From positions 27,167 to 91,166 of the forward strand of contig OZ243043.1 in assembly GCA_965212075.1 (NCBI GenBank): a DNA stretch of 64,000 nucleotides, written 5' to 3'. The DNA is from Alphaproteobacteria bacterium. GTDB lineage: Bacteria; Pseudomonadota; Alphaproteobacteria; JAPOUT01; G958296285. A program made the translations under genes and the position numbers. How positions within the stretch are numbered: the stretch's first letter is position 1; each line of letters opens with the position of its first letter. The notes below the pieces were generated by a model. The model worked only from the letters and a program-made list of their open reading frames with translations, did no database searches and was not told where the DNA came from. This document shows, piece after piece, positions 20,461-29,555 of this stretch.

Positions 20461-23343
20461 ATGTCTCGTGTTGAAGCACAAATTCAAGTTTTGCGCGCTC
20501 CCGTGCAGGGAGCGTCTCAGGCGCCAAACGATCTCAACAAGCCAAGCAATAAGATGGCCGGGCGCGCATCAGCCAATCCGGCAGCCGCGCAAGTTTCGTC
20601 GCGCGGCGGGTTGACTGCGGGCGCTGCCGCGAGAAGCGCGCGCGGACAGGCTCTCCACAGACAGGTGCCCTTACAGCGGCGCGCCGTGGAGATCGCAACC
20701 GGGCAAGTTTTGAGGCGGCCAAGCTCATCTTCATCTGCGACAGGCTCGCCTGCGACAGGTTCACTTGCGATAGGCTCGCCTGCGACAGGCTCGTCGGCTG
20801 AGACATTTTCTCCCGCAACCGGCGTCTATGCTGAACTGGCGCGCACACCCATCGGTGAGACGGCGCGGAAAGAAGTCAAAAAGCTGCTTTCCGCTTTTGA
20901 GAAAGGCAGCGTTGACGACAAAATGGCCGCGCAGGTCGCCAAAAAAATTGAGACGACTGGCCGGTTCAGCAAACCCGATCGTGTGCGGTTTCAGAAAAAT
21001 ATGAATCAAAATCTGAAGCAGCAAGATTATTCCAAACAGCTGTTCACCCGTTTTCTCAAAGTGGATGCACATGAGTTAGAAGTGCCGCGGGCTGCGCCAT
21101 TTCTCAGACCTGTCACCGAGCAGCAATTCACTGAGGCGAAGGTATGGAACTCGCTTGATCAAGTGTTTGATTATACCGAAGCGGCGGAAAAAGATTTGGC
21201 GGAGCTTGGGACTTTGTCCAACAAGCTCAACAAGACCGGCAAGCTCACCGGCAAGGAGCAGAAAAAATTCAACCAGCTTTTATGGACGCATAAGGAAAAC
21301 ATTCCGATCTTGCAGGCGCACCTTGTTGATCTGCGCGAGAGCATGCCTGAAAATTTGGGCATGGTGAAGGTTTTGGACAGTGCGATCACGGCGCTGGCTG
21401 ACAAACATATGGCGCTGGCTGATCTGATGAGCCTGCACACCGATCATCTGCCGGAGCGTCCGGCGACCAGCCGCGATGAGCGGTTGGATTTTCATTTGCT
21501 TCAAGCCCAAGCTGGCCGCGAGGTGCTGACGAGTTTGCGAAAATCCTGCCCCGATGACCCGCAAAAGCTGCGCGCACTTGACAAAATCGACATGCAGCTC
21601 GCCCAACATATTGCGTCTTTGGCGCAGCTCAAAGATAAAATGATTCCGCAAAACCCGGATGATCTCGCTTTGCTTTTGGATATGCCGATCAGCAAAGCCG
21701 ACGGCGTATCGCCGAAAGCGAAAAAAGAATTGGAAAAAGGCTGGGCGCGCGGCCTCAAGCTGCCTGCCGGGCGGCGCGATATGACTCAAGAGCAAATGAT
21801 CAATTTGTTTTTGAATCATCAATTAAAAAGCGCAGGATTTAATATGCGCAATTTGCCGAGTCTTAAATTTTTACAAGAGCAGGGATATCTTCAGGCAATC
21901 AATAAAAAGCCCTGGCCGAAGATTGATAATGAGATCCGGGTCAAGCTGGGCGGCGATGAGCGCAGCTTTCGCAGTGTGATCACGCCGTCGGCGGTTCATT
22001 CTGACCGTCTTGCGCAGCCTTATCGCGGATCAGGTGTTGGTTCGAGTGATCGGCTGCAATATGATCATGCGGTCAATCTGGCGAGGACATCTTTTACCAA
22101 TGACCGCGGTCAGGAGCTGTTTAGCGCTCATCGCTCAGGCGTGCTTGACGCTTACGATATGACGCCAAAGAAACTCGCCCAGCTCAGCAATCCGGAGCTG
22201 CAAGGCCTTTTTCAAAGTGTTTTGGTGGATCGCGGGCGGCGCGTAGAAACCTCCGCGCAGCTGGTTGAGCTCTTTCACTCAAAACCCGCTGAAGCGCGCC
22301 GCTTAGCCAAAGAGGCGCGTCAAGAAACTTCCAAAGCGATGGCAGAAGATACTGCGGCCACAATGCTGCTTGATGATCCCGCTTTGCTTGAGCGCGCGCT
22401 GCAAGGCGAGTTGGTTGAGCTGCCGATCACCTCTTTGTCGCTGATGACGCCCGATCATCTGCGCGAGCTGGGCGGCAAATCCAGCGAACAGACCATGCTC
22501 ACCCATCACAAAGAGGGGTTGGAGAGTTTGCGCAATAATGGCCTGCCCATCAAATTGAAACTGCGCTCGCCCGTCGACGGCAAATTGACCTCGGTGCGCG
22601 TGCAGGTGAGGCCGCGTGTTTTGAGTTTTGGCGTCAATGCGGGAGCTTTACGCGGTGTTGGTGTGGTTAAGGGCAATCGGCTGCCTTTTTGGAAAGGCCT
22701 GATGGGCTGGGGCTTGTCCGCACGGCTCAATGATCCGGTGCTCAACCACATGGTGGGCAAGCGCAGCGATAAACAAATCTCTGGGCAGGCCGCCGATAAG
22801 ATTAAACAGCTTCAGATAGATCAAAACCATATCAGCCAAATGTTGAAAAACAGCGCTCTGACGTCTGAGGCGCACGGTCAATTGCAGCATGATCTTGTCT
22901 CTTTACAGAGGCAGGAAGCCAAGATCACGCAATTGGCCGATCAAGTGAAGACCATCTGGGCAAAGGGCAGCTATGTGCGCGAAGGCCGCGAGCCTTATAA
23001 AATGCCGGCGCGCGTGGTGATGCTCGCCGATGCGCTCGGCGAAAAAACTTTGTTCCATTGCAAGAGTGGCAAAGATCGCACCGGCCAGCTCGACGCTGAA
23101 GTGAAATATCTCTCAGCGGTTTTTGATCAAACCGGAATTCTTCCCGCGCCCGACCAGCCGCCGCGACCGGCAACACGCCGTTTGCGGACCTTGTTTGCGC
23201 TGAAGACCGGCAATCATGAAATGCAGCGCTACAATACAGGCCTTGCTGGCTTTAAGCTCAAAGGTGTTCCCGCGCTTGACGCGCAGTTTGAACGCTCTGC
23301 GCTGCCGACCTATCGCGGCGGCTCGGCCTACATTAAATCATGA
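20461..23343 (+). CDS. SopB/IpgD-family inositol phosphate phosphatase, T3SS effector
   Basis: Catalytic HCKSGKDRTG, GNHEMQRYNTG, HAVNL, SLSLMTP, FGVN; low-complexity S/A/P/R N-terminus; first gene of the T3SS cluster. Confidence 0.85.
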   Translation: MSRVEAQIQVLRAPVQGASQAPNDLNKPSNKMAGRASANPAAAQVSSRGGLTAGAAARSARGQALHRQVPLQRRAVEIATGQVLRRPSSSSSATGSPATGSLAIGSPATGSSAETFSPATGVYAELARTPIGETARKEVKKLLSAFEKGSVDDKMAAQVAKKIETTGRFSKPDRVRFQKNMNQNLKQQDYSKQLFTRFLKVDAHELEVPRAAPFLRPVTEQQFTEAKVWNSLDQVFDYTEAAEKDLAELGTLSNKLNKTGKLTGKEQKKFNQLLWTHKENIPILQAHLVDLRESMPENLGMVKVLDSAITALADKHMALADLMSLHTDHLPERPATSRDERLDFHLLQAQAGREVLTSLRKSCPDDPQKLRALDKIDMQLAQHIASLAQLKDKMIPQNPDDLALLLDMPISKADGVSPKAKKELEKGWARGLKLPAGRRDMTQEQMINLFLNHQLKSAGFNMRNLPSLKFLQEQGYLQAINKKPWPKIDNEIRVKLGGDERSFRSVITPSAVHSDRLAQPYRGSGVGSSDRLQYDHAVNLARTSFTNDRGQELFSAHRSGVLDAYDMTPKKLAQLSNPELQGLFQSVLVDRGRRVETSAQLVELFHSKPAEARRLAKEARQETSKAMAEDTAATMLLDDPALLERALQGELVELPITSLSLMTPDHLRELGGKSSEQTMLTHHKEGLESLRNNGLPIKLKLRSPVDGKLTSVRVQVRPRVLSFGVNAGALRGVGVVKGNRLPFWKGLMGWGLSARLNDPVLNHMVGKRSDKQISGQAADKIKQLQIDQNHISQMLKNSALTSEAHGQLQHDLVSLQRQEAKITQLADQVKTIWAKGSYVREGREPYKMPARVVMLADALGEKTLFHCKSGKDRTGQLDAEVKYLSAVFDQTGILPAPDQPPRPATRRLRTLFALKTGNHEMQRYNTGLAGFKLKGVPALDAQFERSALPTYRGGSAYIKS

Positions 23344-23353
23344 CGATTAAATT

Positions 23354-24202
23354 ATGACTGGCATCACACATACCGACAAAGCTGCGAATCCTAACGCGCT
23401 GCCTGCCGATACACAAAACGGCAGCACACAAAATGTTTCGCATAAATCCCACATCAGGGTGGATCTTGAAGGCCTGTTTGTTATTGACGGCAAGACATAT
23501 GATGTTTTAGCTGCTATTTTCCTTGTGCAGCGCGACACTGGAAAAATCGCACAGAAACGTCTGGCCTCTGTCGCGAAAGAATTGTGGCGCACCAATCGCA
23601 AAGCAAAAATGATTGTGTTTTTTTTAAACGGCCTGCGCGCTATTCGCCCAAGCGGCGGTGCCGATGCCCGCGTTGAAGCTGATGACATCACCGATCAGGC
23701 TGCGAAATTTGCTGACATTTATGGCACAGATCCTTTCGACCAGATCGGTATCAAAGATATGAAACCTGAAATGCGCTATAGGGTTTACAAATATACCAAC
23801 GGCAAGGAGAAGAGAACTAGAAATATGACAGAGGAAGACATGGTAAAATTTTATAAGAGTTGGGATAAATGGCATGTGTCTGATAGGCTTAAAGACATGT
23901 CGGTAGGGCAAATGTTGCATTGGCAGAACAATGTCGGATTTATTCTCACGAGATATGGCGGCTCAATTGACAAAGAAAATAATTCAATTGTGACGAAAGA
24001 ATATGACGCTGTAAAACAAGGAGATCTGGATCAAATGATTGAAGGGGTTAAGTCCCAGCTCAGCGCAGTCAATACCGAGCAGTCGCTCGCACAAACAGAT
24101 GCAGAAAAATATACGAAAATGACCGATGAAACTAAGGAGGAGCTTGCCGCTGTTTTAAAAGCTTACGAAGGCGTCGTGCAGGCCGAAGCCAGTAGAGATT
24201 AA
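23354..24202 (+). CDS. EspA/SseB/Bsp22-like secreted tip/filament protein, paralogue 1
   Basis: Shares blocks with the next ORF; C-terminal amphipathic helices; lies upstream of chaperone and translocator genes. Confidence 0.5.
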   Translation: MTGITHTDKAANPNALPADTQNGSTQNVSHKSHIRVDLEGLFVIDGKTYDVLAAIFLVQRDTGKIAQKRLASVAKELWRTNRKAKMIVFFLNGLRAIRPSGGADARVEADDITDQAAKFADIYGTDPFDQIGIKDMKPEMRYRVYKYTNGKEKRTRNMTEEDMVKFYKSWDKWHVSDRLKDMSVGQMLHWQNNVGFILTRYGGSIDKENNSIVTKEYDAVKQGDLDQMIEGVKSQLSAVNTEQSLAQTDAEKYTKMTDETKEELAAVLKAYEGVVQAEASRD

Positions 24203-24214
24203 AGTTCTCTTTTT

Positions 24215-24243
24215 TGTGAAGCGAAAATCATCTTAATGATATT
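24215..24243 (+). promoter_or_regulatory. Candidate T3SS promoter motif TGTGAAG-N15-TGATATT (copy 2)
   Basis: Matches 20421-20449; upstream of the AGGAGG RBS of the ORF at 24320. Confidence 0.4.
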
Positions 24244-24319
24244 TTGGGGATAGTCCGCTACAGCGCGTTATGGCTGTTATAATTTCACCATCGGCTTTAA
24301 AGCATTAGGAGGGCAATTC

Positions 24320-24991
24320 ATGTCTACCAATCCTTTTTCTGTGAATCAAAATTCTTCCTACACGACGTTTGAAATACAGCCCAAGTCTCAGAAGGCAGAA
24401 AAAAAAGAGTCACAAGAAAATAATTCAGAGGTTCAGCAAAGCGCGCCTGATGAAAACGAGATCATATTTGATGCCGAAACCGATCGCTTCATCTTGGATG
24501 GCGAGTCGCTCACTGTGGCTGAGCTTGTATACCAAGTGATGGCCAAAGCCGCCACGCGTGCTGCGGAAGCACTCGCGGTTTCATTGCAAAGCCTTCAAGA
24601 CGCCAATAAAAACGCCGAGCAGGCGAATGAGTGGTTAAGCAAAATGAATGATCTCTCCCCCGAAGGCGGCCCGGAGAGCACCGTGGATGCGCAAAAAATC
24701 ATTCAGGCAGAAAAAGAATTTCAGGATAAATATGGCTTTGACCCCTTTGAGAAATATAGCATTCAAAAGCCCGAAGCGTCCGACGGGGCATATACGCAAA
24801 GTAAAATGGAAAAAATTGTAGAAGGGACAAAGTCTTATATGAGCACGATCTCCAGCAACCAGCAAGCCATTCAGCTTGATCTCCAAGTGCGCACCAGCCA
24901 AATGAATGACGCTAATCAAGCGGCATCGTCTACTTATCATGGCATAAGTCAAGTGTCGAGCGGAATCATTAGAGGAATCGGTGGTAGTTGA
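24320..24991 (+). CDS. EspA/SseB/Bsp22-like secreted tip/filament protein, paralogue 2
   Basis: C-terminus KSYMSTISSNQQAIQLDLQVRTSQMNDANQAASS...IIRGI resembles the EspA/Bsp22 C-terminal helix; strong RBS. Confidence 0.6.
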   Translation: MSTNPFSVNQNSSYTTFEIQPKSQKAEKKESQENNSEVQQSAPDENEIIFDAETDRFILDGESLTVAELVYQVMAKAATRAAEALAVSLQSLQDANKNAEQANEWLSKMNDLSPEGGPESTVDAQKIIQAEKEFQDKYGFDPFEKYSIQKPEASDGAYTQSKMEKIVEGTKSYMSTISSNQQAIQLDLQVRTSQMNDANQAASSTYHGISQVSSGIIRGIGGS

Positions 24992-25000
24992 GCTTAAGTC

Positions 25001-25522
25001 ATGTCGAAATCTGATTTGAATATATCTTCAGCGATTCAAAGTGCTTTGGAAAGCGCTGAGGTGGTTGTGACAAAAGGTGTGAGCGCTGCGCAATTGTATG
25101 ATCTGGATCCTCAAAAGATAGAGGCATTTTATGCGCTGGGCTATCGCAGCTATATGCAGCGTGATTATCAAAAAGCTGAAGAGATTTTTACATTTGCCTA
25201 TTGCTTTGACCATCGTCATGCAGAAATTGTCAAAGGTCTGGCGTCGGCGCGCAAAATGCAGGGCAAGTTCAAAGAGGCCTTGCCCGCTTATGCGCAAGCC
25301 GCGCTTCTTGATATGGAAGATCCGGCAATTTCTTTTCACGCGGGGGAATGTCTTTTCGCACTGGGTGAATATGCGCCTTGCGCAGATGCTTTGAGCGCTG
25401 CGCGTACGCTTGCTGAAATGCGCGGTGATTGCGAGCAGCTCATTGGCAAGATTGATCAAATGGAAATTCAGCTTCAGAAACAGCAAAAAGAGGATAAAGA
25501 TGTCAAATCAAACGACGCATGA
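25001..25522 (+). CDS. SycD/LcrH class II translocator chaperone (TPR)
   Basis: FYALGYRSY..DYQKAEEIF, FHAGECLFALG. Confidence 0.88.
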   Translation: MSKSDLNISSAIQSALESAEVVVTKGVSAAQLYDLDPQKIEAFYALGYRSYMQRDYQKAEEIFTFAYCFDHRHAEIVKGLASARKMQGKFKEALPAYAQAALLDMEDPAISFHAGECLFALGEYAPCADALSAARTLAEMRGDCEQLIGKIDQMEIQLQKQQKEDKDVKSNDA

Positions 25523-25895
25523 TGAACAAAATCATGAATCTGTGGAATTTTTGCCCAAAGTTCCGCCAATGCCAAATCCGCCCGCGAATTCGGATGATGT
25601 CGCAGCGTGGGAAAGGCATATTGAAGCGATTGATAAATATCTGCTTGATCTGAGCGAGACGATCCAAAAAATTGAAAGCGGTGATTTCATCGAAAATTTC
25701 AAGAAGCGCCTCGCTGCCCGAGGTCTGGATGTTGATAAAGCCATTAAGCTGCCAAAACCCCAGATGAAAGAGGTTATGGAAGAGATTGCAGAAAAAATGA
25801 AATCTTTGATGGCAGTTTTCCAAGATTTTAACCGCACGGACATCAAATCCCAGCGGCGAGTCACAAAATCCAACCGCAACATTAAATCAATATAA
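25500..25895 (+). CDS. Hypothetical T3SS-associated protein
   Basis: Overlaps the chaperone stop, has a GAGG RBS, sits in the operon; no recognised motif. Confidence 0.6.
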   Translation: MSNQTTHDEQNHESVEFLPKVPPMPNPPANSDDVAAWERHIEAIDKYLLDLSETIQKIESGDFIENFKKRLAARGLDVDKAIKLPKPQMKEVMEEIAEKMKSLMAVFQDFNRTDIKSQRRVTKSNRNIKSI

Positions 25896-25907
25896 ATAGG
25901 ATTGAAG

Positions 25908-26381
25908 ATGACAGCAGAGCCTGCAAAAAAAATAATTAGTAAAGAGCAAGCGATTTCAGCCATCGCGGACGGCAAAGATTTGGCCGAGCTGCGCGGTCTC
26001 AACGATGCTACGATTGACTTTATTTATGCTTTCTCTGCATTGAATTATAAGCGCGGCCGCTATGAAGACGCGGCGAGAGGATTCCGCTTTTTGTGCCGCC
26101 ATAAACATCGTGATTCGGATATGTGGCTGGCGCTGGCGCGGTCATCTTTTCAGAATAAAGATTATATGCGCGCGCTGGAATCTTATTTAATGGTGGCCTT
26201 GCTGCGGCCTTCGGCGTCTTTATGTCTGGAGATTGCGCGCGCTTTTATGACAGTGAATATGCGCGCGCAGGCCAAAATATTCGCTGCCGCCGCAACGCGT
26301 GCGCTGCTGCCCGCTGACCGGCGCGAGTTAAGAGGTGAGATCGCCATTTTTGAAAAAGAGCTGGAAGGCATGTCGGCATGA
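25908..26381 (+). CDS. Second SycD/LcrH-like chaperone (TPR)
   Basis: LAELRGL...IYAFS..NYKRGRYEDAARGFRFLC; directly before the translocators. Confidence 0.8.
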   Translation: MTAEPAKKIISKEQAISAIADGKDLAELRGLNDATIDFIYAFSALNYKRGRYEDAARGFRFLCRHKHRDSDMWLALARSSFQNKDYMRALESYLMVALLRPSASLCLEIARAFMTVNMRAQAKIFAAAATRALLPADRRELRGEIAIFEKELEGMSA

Positions 26382-27442
26382 GTGAGATCGGAAGCAAAGC
26401 GAAGGCGGTTTCAATATCTTCTGCATCTTCTGCGGCGGGGGCTGCCGCTGCGGTTGATCAAGTCGCCGGAAAAGCAAAGACAGCGAAGAAAGGCGCGAAC
26501 GCGGCCAGCACGCCTTTTCAGCCTCTGTCGGGCAGCATCAGCGACGAGCTTCTTTTTAATGCAATTCCAGAGCTTGCGTCGCCCATTATTGATCAGGAAA
26601 TTTTGGTGAATGTTTTGAAAAAGCTAAGCGTGGATTTATCTCAACATGTGCTTGCCGGTGAAATAGAGACGCTCAAATTTGATCAAGATAAGATGCAAAC
26701 GCTTGCGAAAGAGAACATTAAAAAGCTGAAACATATGCTGAAGTCGCTCGCAAAGAAGAAGAAAGCAGGCCTTTTGGGCAAGATTTTCAGCTGGGTTGCG
26801 GCTGTTGTCGGCACGATTTTGGGCGCGGTGATTGCGACAGCGACTTTCGGCGCGGGCTCGGTGGCGGCGGGCACCTTGATCGCGGTGAGCACGGCATTAG
26901 CGGTATCGCTGACGATTGCCTCGGCGACCGGCGGCATGGAAAAGCTAACCGCCGAATTAGCCAAGGGGTTTGCCAGCATGTTTGAGGCTTTTGGCATGGA
27001 CTCAAAAAAAGCCAAGCGCGTGGCGCAAATTGTGGCACAAGTGGCAATCGCCATTGCCGTGATCGCGGTTCAAATTGTGATGCTGGTTCTTACCGGTGGT
27101 GCCAGCGCTGAAGAATTTGCAAGTGAGATGGTACAAAAAATCGCAAGCTTTACGATCAAGGCTACCAGCATTGCGATAGGATTGGTGACGATGGCTGGTG
27201 GGGGTGCTTCAGCCGCAACCGGTGTTTACAATTATGAGTCTTTACAAGATCGCGCGGGCATAACAGACACCAAGTCTTTCTTGAAAACAATGCAATCTTT
27301 GATTGATTCCGAGAGCGACCTGATTCAGGAGATTGTTCACGACATCATGCATACACAAACGAATATGGCTCACATGATCAAAGCTGAAAATGAAAATCGC
27401 GCCATTCTTGCCAATATAGGCGGGCAACCGAACGCTGTTTAA
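26378..27442 (+). CDS. sctE: Major hydrophobic translocator (YopB/SseC-like)
   Basis: Coiled coil, then KKAGLLGKIFSW and two long hydrophobic segments. Confidence 0.85.
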   Translation: MSEIGSKAKAVSISSASSAAGAAAAVDQVAGKAKTAKKGANAASTPFQPLSGSISDELLFNAIPELASPIIDQEILVNVLKKLSVDLSQHVLAGEIETLKFDQDKMQTLAKENIKKLKHMLKSLAKKKKAGLLGKIFSWVAAVVGTILGAVIATATFGAGSVAAGTLIAVSTALAVSLTIASATGGMEKLTAELAKGFASMFEAFGMDSKKAKRVAQIVAQVAIAIAVIAVQIVMLVLTGGASAEEFASEMVQKIASFTIKATSIAIGLVTMAGGGASAATGVYNYESLQDRAGITDTKSFLKTMQSLIDSESDLIQEIVHDIMHTQTNMAHMIKAENENRAILANIGGQPNAV

Positions 27443-27471
27443 ACATCATTTTTGAATAAAGGAGATAAATC

Positions 27472-28212
27472 ATGCCAACAGAGTCAGTGCAAAATCAAAC
27501 CGCCGTCAAGAATTGGGATATAGCGGTCAATTCGGTGCAGGAAGGAAGCCAAACTGTTGTCAGTCCAACATCAAGTGCTGCAACACCCTTCGCGCCATCT
27601 GCTGCGCCCCCAGAGATTCCATCGCGCCGCGCGCCAGATGCGGCGGACGCACAGAAATTTGAAGAAGGGTTGGATAATCTCAATAATACAGTTCTGCTAT
27701 TTTCAATTGAAGCTTTAGGGCGTTTGCTGAAGCTGATCTCTTTGAAGCAGCATCAGATTGAGAGCGAAGCGCGCATGGCCGAAACGGAGATTTCGCAGGA
27801 TATGAGCGGGGCAGCAGCGGATGATTTGCGCGAAGAGGGCGTGATGTCGCTTGCAGGCTCTACGGTGATGTCGTTGATGCAGATTACCGGCGCAGCGGCG
27901 ATGATCGGCGGCGGCATCAGCCAGGCGAAGGTCAGCAATACGATGGCGGTGAGCAATAGGATGATGACGTTTCAAGCCGCGAGTCAAGCGATCAGCGCTA
28001 CCGGCAGCATGATACAGGGCGGGCTCAATCTTGAAGTCAAAAAAGAAGAGGCAGAAAAAGTGCTTCATGAAGCCGATGCCGCCGTCGCAAAGTCGCTGGA
28101 AGAATCCGACAATGAGGCCTCGAAAGAAGAGCTTCAGCTTGTTCAAGCCATCATCCAGTTTTTAGAAAAATTGGAAGAGTCGCGCCATGAGGCGGTGAAG
28201 GCCACGGTTTAG
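27472..28212 (+). CDS. sctB: Minor translocator (YopD/SseD-like)
   Basis: Central hydrophobic Gly/Ala segment, C-terminal amphipathic helix; follows sctE. Confidence 0.75.
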   Translation: MPTESVQNQTAVKNWDIAVNSVQEGSQTVVSPTSSAATPFAPSAAPPEIPSRRAPDAADAQKFEEGLDNLNNTVLLFSIEALGRLLKLISLKQHQIESEARMAETEISQDMSGAAADDLREEGVMSLAGSTVMSLMQITGAAAMIGGGISQAKVSNTMAVSNRMMTFQAASQAISATGSMIQGGLNLEVKKEEAEKVLHEADAAVAKSLEESDNEASKEELQLVQAIIQFLEKLEESRHEAVKATV

Positions 28213-28266
28213 TTTTTTGCCAACAAAGAGGGGTGGAGATAACGCATATTAAAAGGAACGAGACAG

Positions 28267-28701
28267 ATGACAAAAAACTCCAGCAAAAATTCTGCCGGTA
28301 AAAACTTTGCCAGTAAAAATTTTGCCAGTAAAAATTTTGACCGTAAAATGATTGAGATCGGGTATATCGGTGCCTTTTATGGCCTGATACAGCAGGCGCA
28401 TGAGGTTTTCAGCTTTTATTGTGATGCGCGTTATCATTCTCGCAAGACGCAAACCGCGGCCAAATTAGGCGCGGCGCTAGCTCTGATCGGCGCGCAAGAT
28501 TATCGCGCGGCGGCTGATCTGCTTGAGAAAGACCTTGCCGACTTTCCTGACGATCAGCTTCTTGAAATGAAGGTGTTTCTCGCTCTGAGCTATAAGCAGG
28601 CAAAAATTCGCGCTGATCGCGTTGATGCCTTGCTGGCCGAGATGAAAAGTGTGCTTTCCGGACCCACAGCAAAGGCGATTGAGTCGCTGACGGCCGGATG
28701 A
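28267..28701 (+). CDS. YscG/SsaH-like TPR needle co-chaperone
   Basis: IEIGYIGAFYGLIQQAHEVF and TPR-like helices; N-terminal 15-bp repeats (KNFAS). Confidence 0.55.
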   Translation: MTKNSSKNSAGKNFASKNFASKNFDRKMIEIGYIGAFYGLIQQAHEVFSFYCDARYHSRKTQTAAKLGAALALIGAQDYRAAADLLEKDLADFPDDQLLEMKVFLALSYKQAKIRADRVDALLAEMKSVLSGPTAKAIESLTAG

Positions 28702-29555
28702 TGTTTTTTCCATCGCGAGGTTTGATGCTAGCTGCCTGTTTGGCCTGCCTTGCGGGCTGCAAGACAGAGCTTTATCGCTCTGTGCCGGAGCGCGAGGCCA
28801 ATCTGATGGTTGCGATTCTTTTCCAGCACGAAATTGAAGCGGACAAAGAGGAGAGTCAGGAAGAGGGGTTTTATTCAATCTGGGTTGAAGAGCATGAATT
28901 TTCTCACGCGGTTGAATTGCTGGTTTCGCAAGGCTATCCGCGGCGTACGCACTCAACTTTGGCGGAGCTTTTTCAGCCCTCCGGCCTCGTGCCGACGCCG
29001 TTTGAAGAGCGTGTGCGCTATATTTACGGCTTGTCAGAAGAATTGTCGCACACGATCTCGCTATTTGAAGGCGTGATTGATACGCGCGTTCATGTAGCAC
29101 TTCCGGCAGAGGGGGAGCAGGGAAAAAAGAATTTTGACCGGCACGTGTCGGTTTATGTCCAATATGATCAGAGCGTTGATTTTGACAATCTCATTCCGCA
29201 AATTAAAAAGCTGATTTCTGACAGCATCGGCGAAATCACCTATCAAAATGTTGAGGTGCTTGCGGCACCGGCCTATTTTCGCAAAACCGAAGACCGCGTC
29301 ATTGCCGCTTATAAATTTCCTGCGGGCATTCGCGTACTGCCGGAATATTATGGACTTTTTATTGCGCTGATGATTGCGCTTGCGCTGATTTTGATACAGG
29401 CGATCGGCGCGGCTGGATGGTTTTATTGGCTCTGGCGGCGCGCATTTGAAAAACAGCAGGATGTATCGGCGAGCACACCTCTGGTAGAGGCGGCATCTGC
29501 AAAGCCGCCTGAAAATATTACGTCAAATGCTGCACCAAAAGAAGGGCCAGCATGA
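28698..29555 (+). CDS. sctJ: Inner membrane ring lipoprotein
   Basis: Lipobox LAGC, ELYRSVPEREAN, GLVPTPFEERVRY, C-terminal TM helix. Confidence 0.93.
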   Translation: MMFFPSRGLMLAACLACLAGCKTELYRSVPEREANLMVAILFQHEIEADKEESQEEGFYSIWVEEHEFSHAVELLVSQGYPRRTHSTLAELFQPSGLVPTPFEERVRYIYGLSEELSHTISLFEGVIDTRVHVALPAEGEQGKKNFDRHVSVYVQYDQSVDFDNLIPQIKKLISDSIGEITYQNVEVLAAPAYFRKTEDRVIAAYKFPAGIRVLPEYYGLFIALMIALALILIQAIGAAGWFYWLWRRAFEKQQDVSASTPLVEAASAKPPENITSNAAPKEGPA

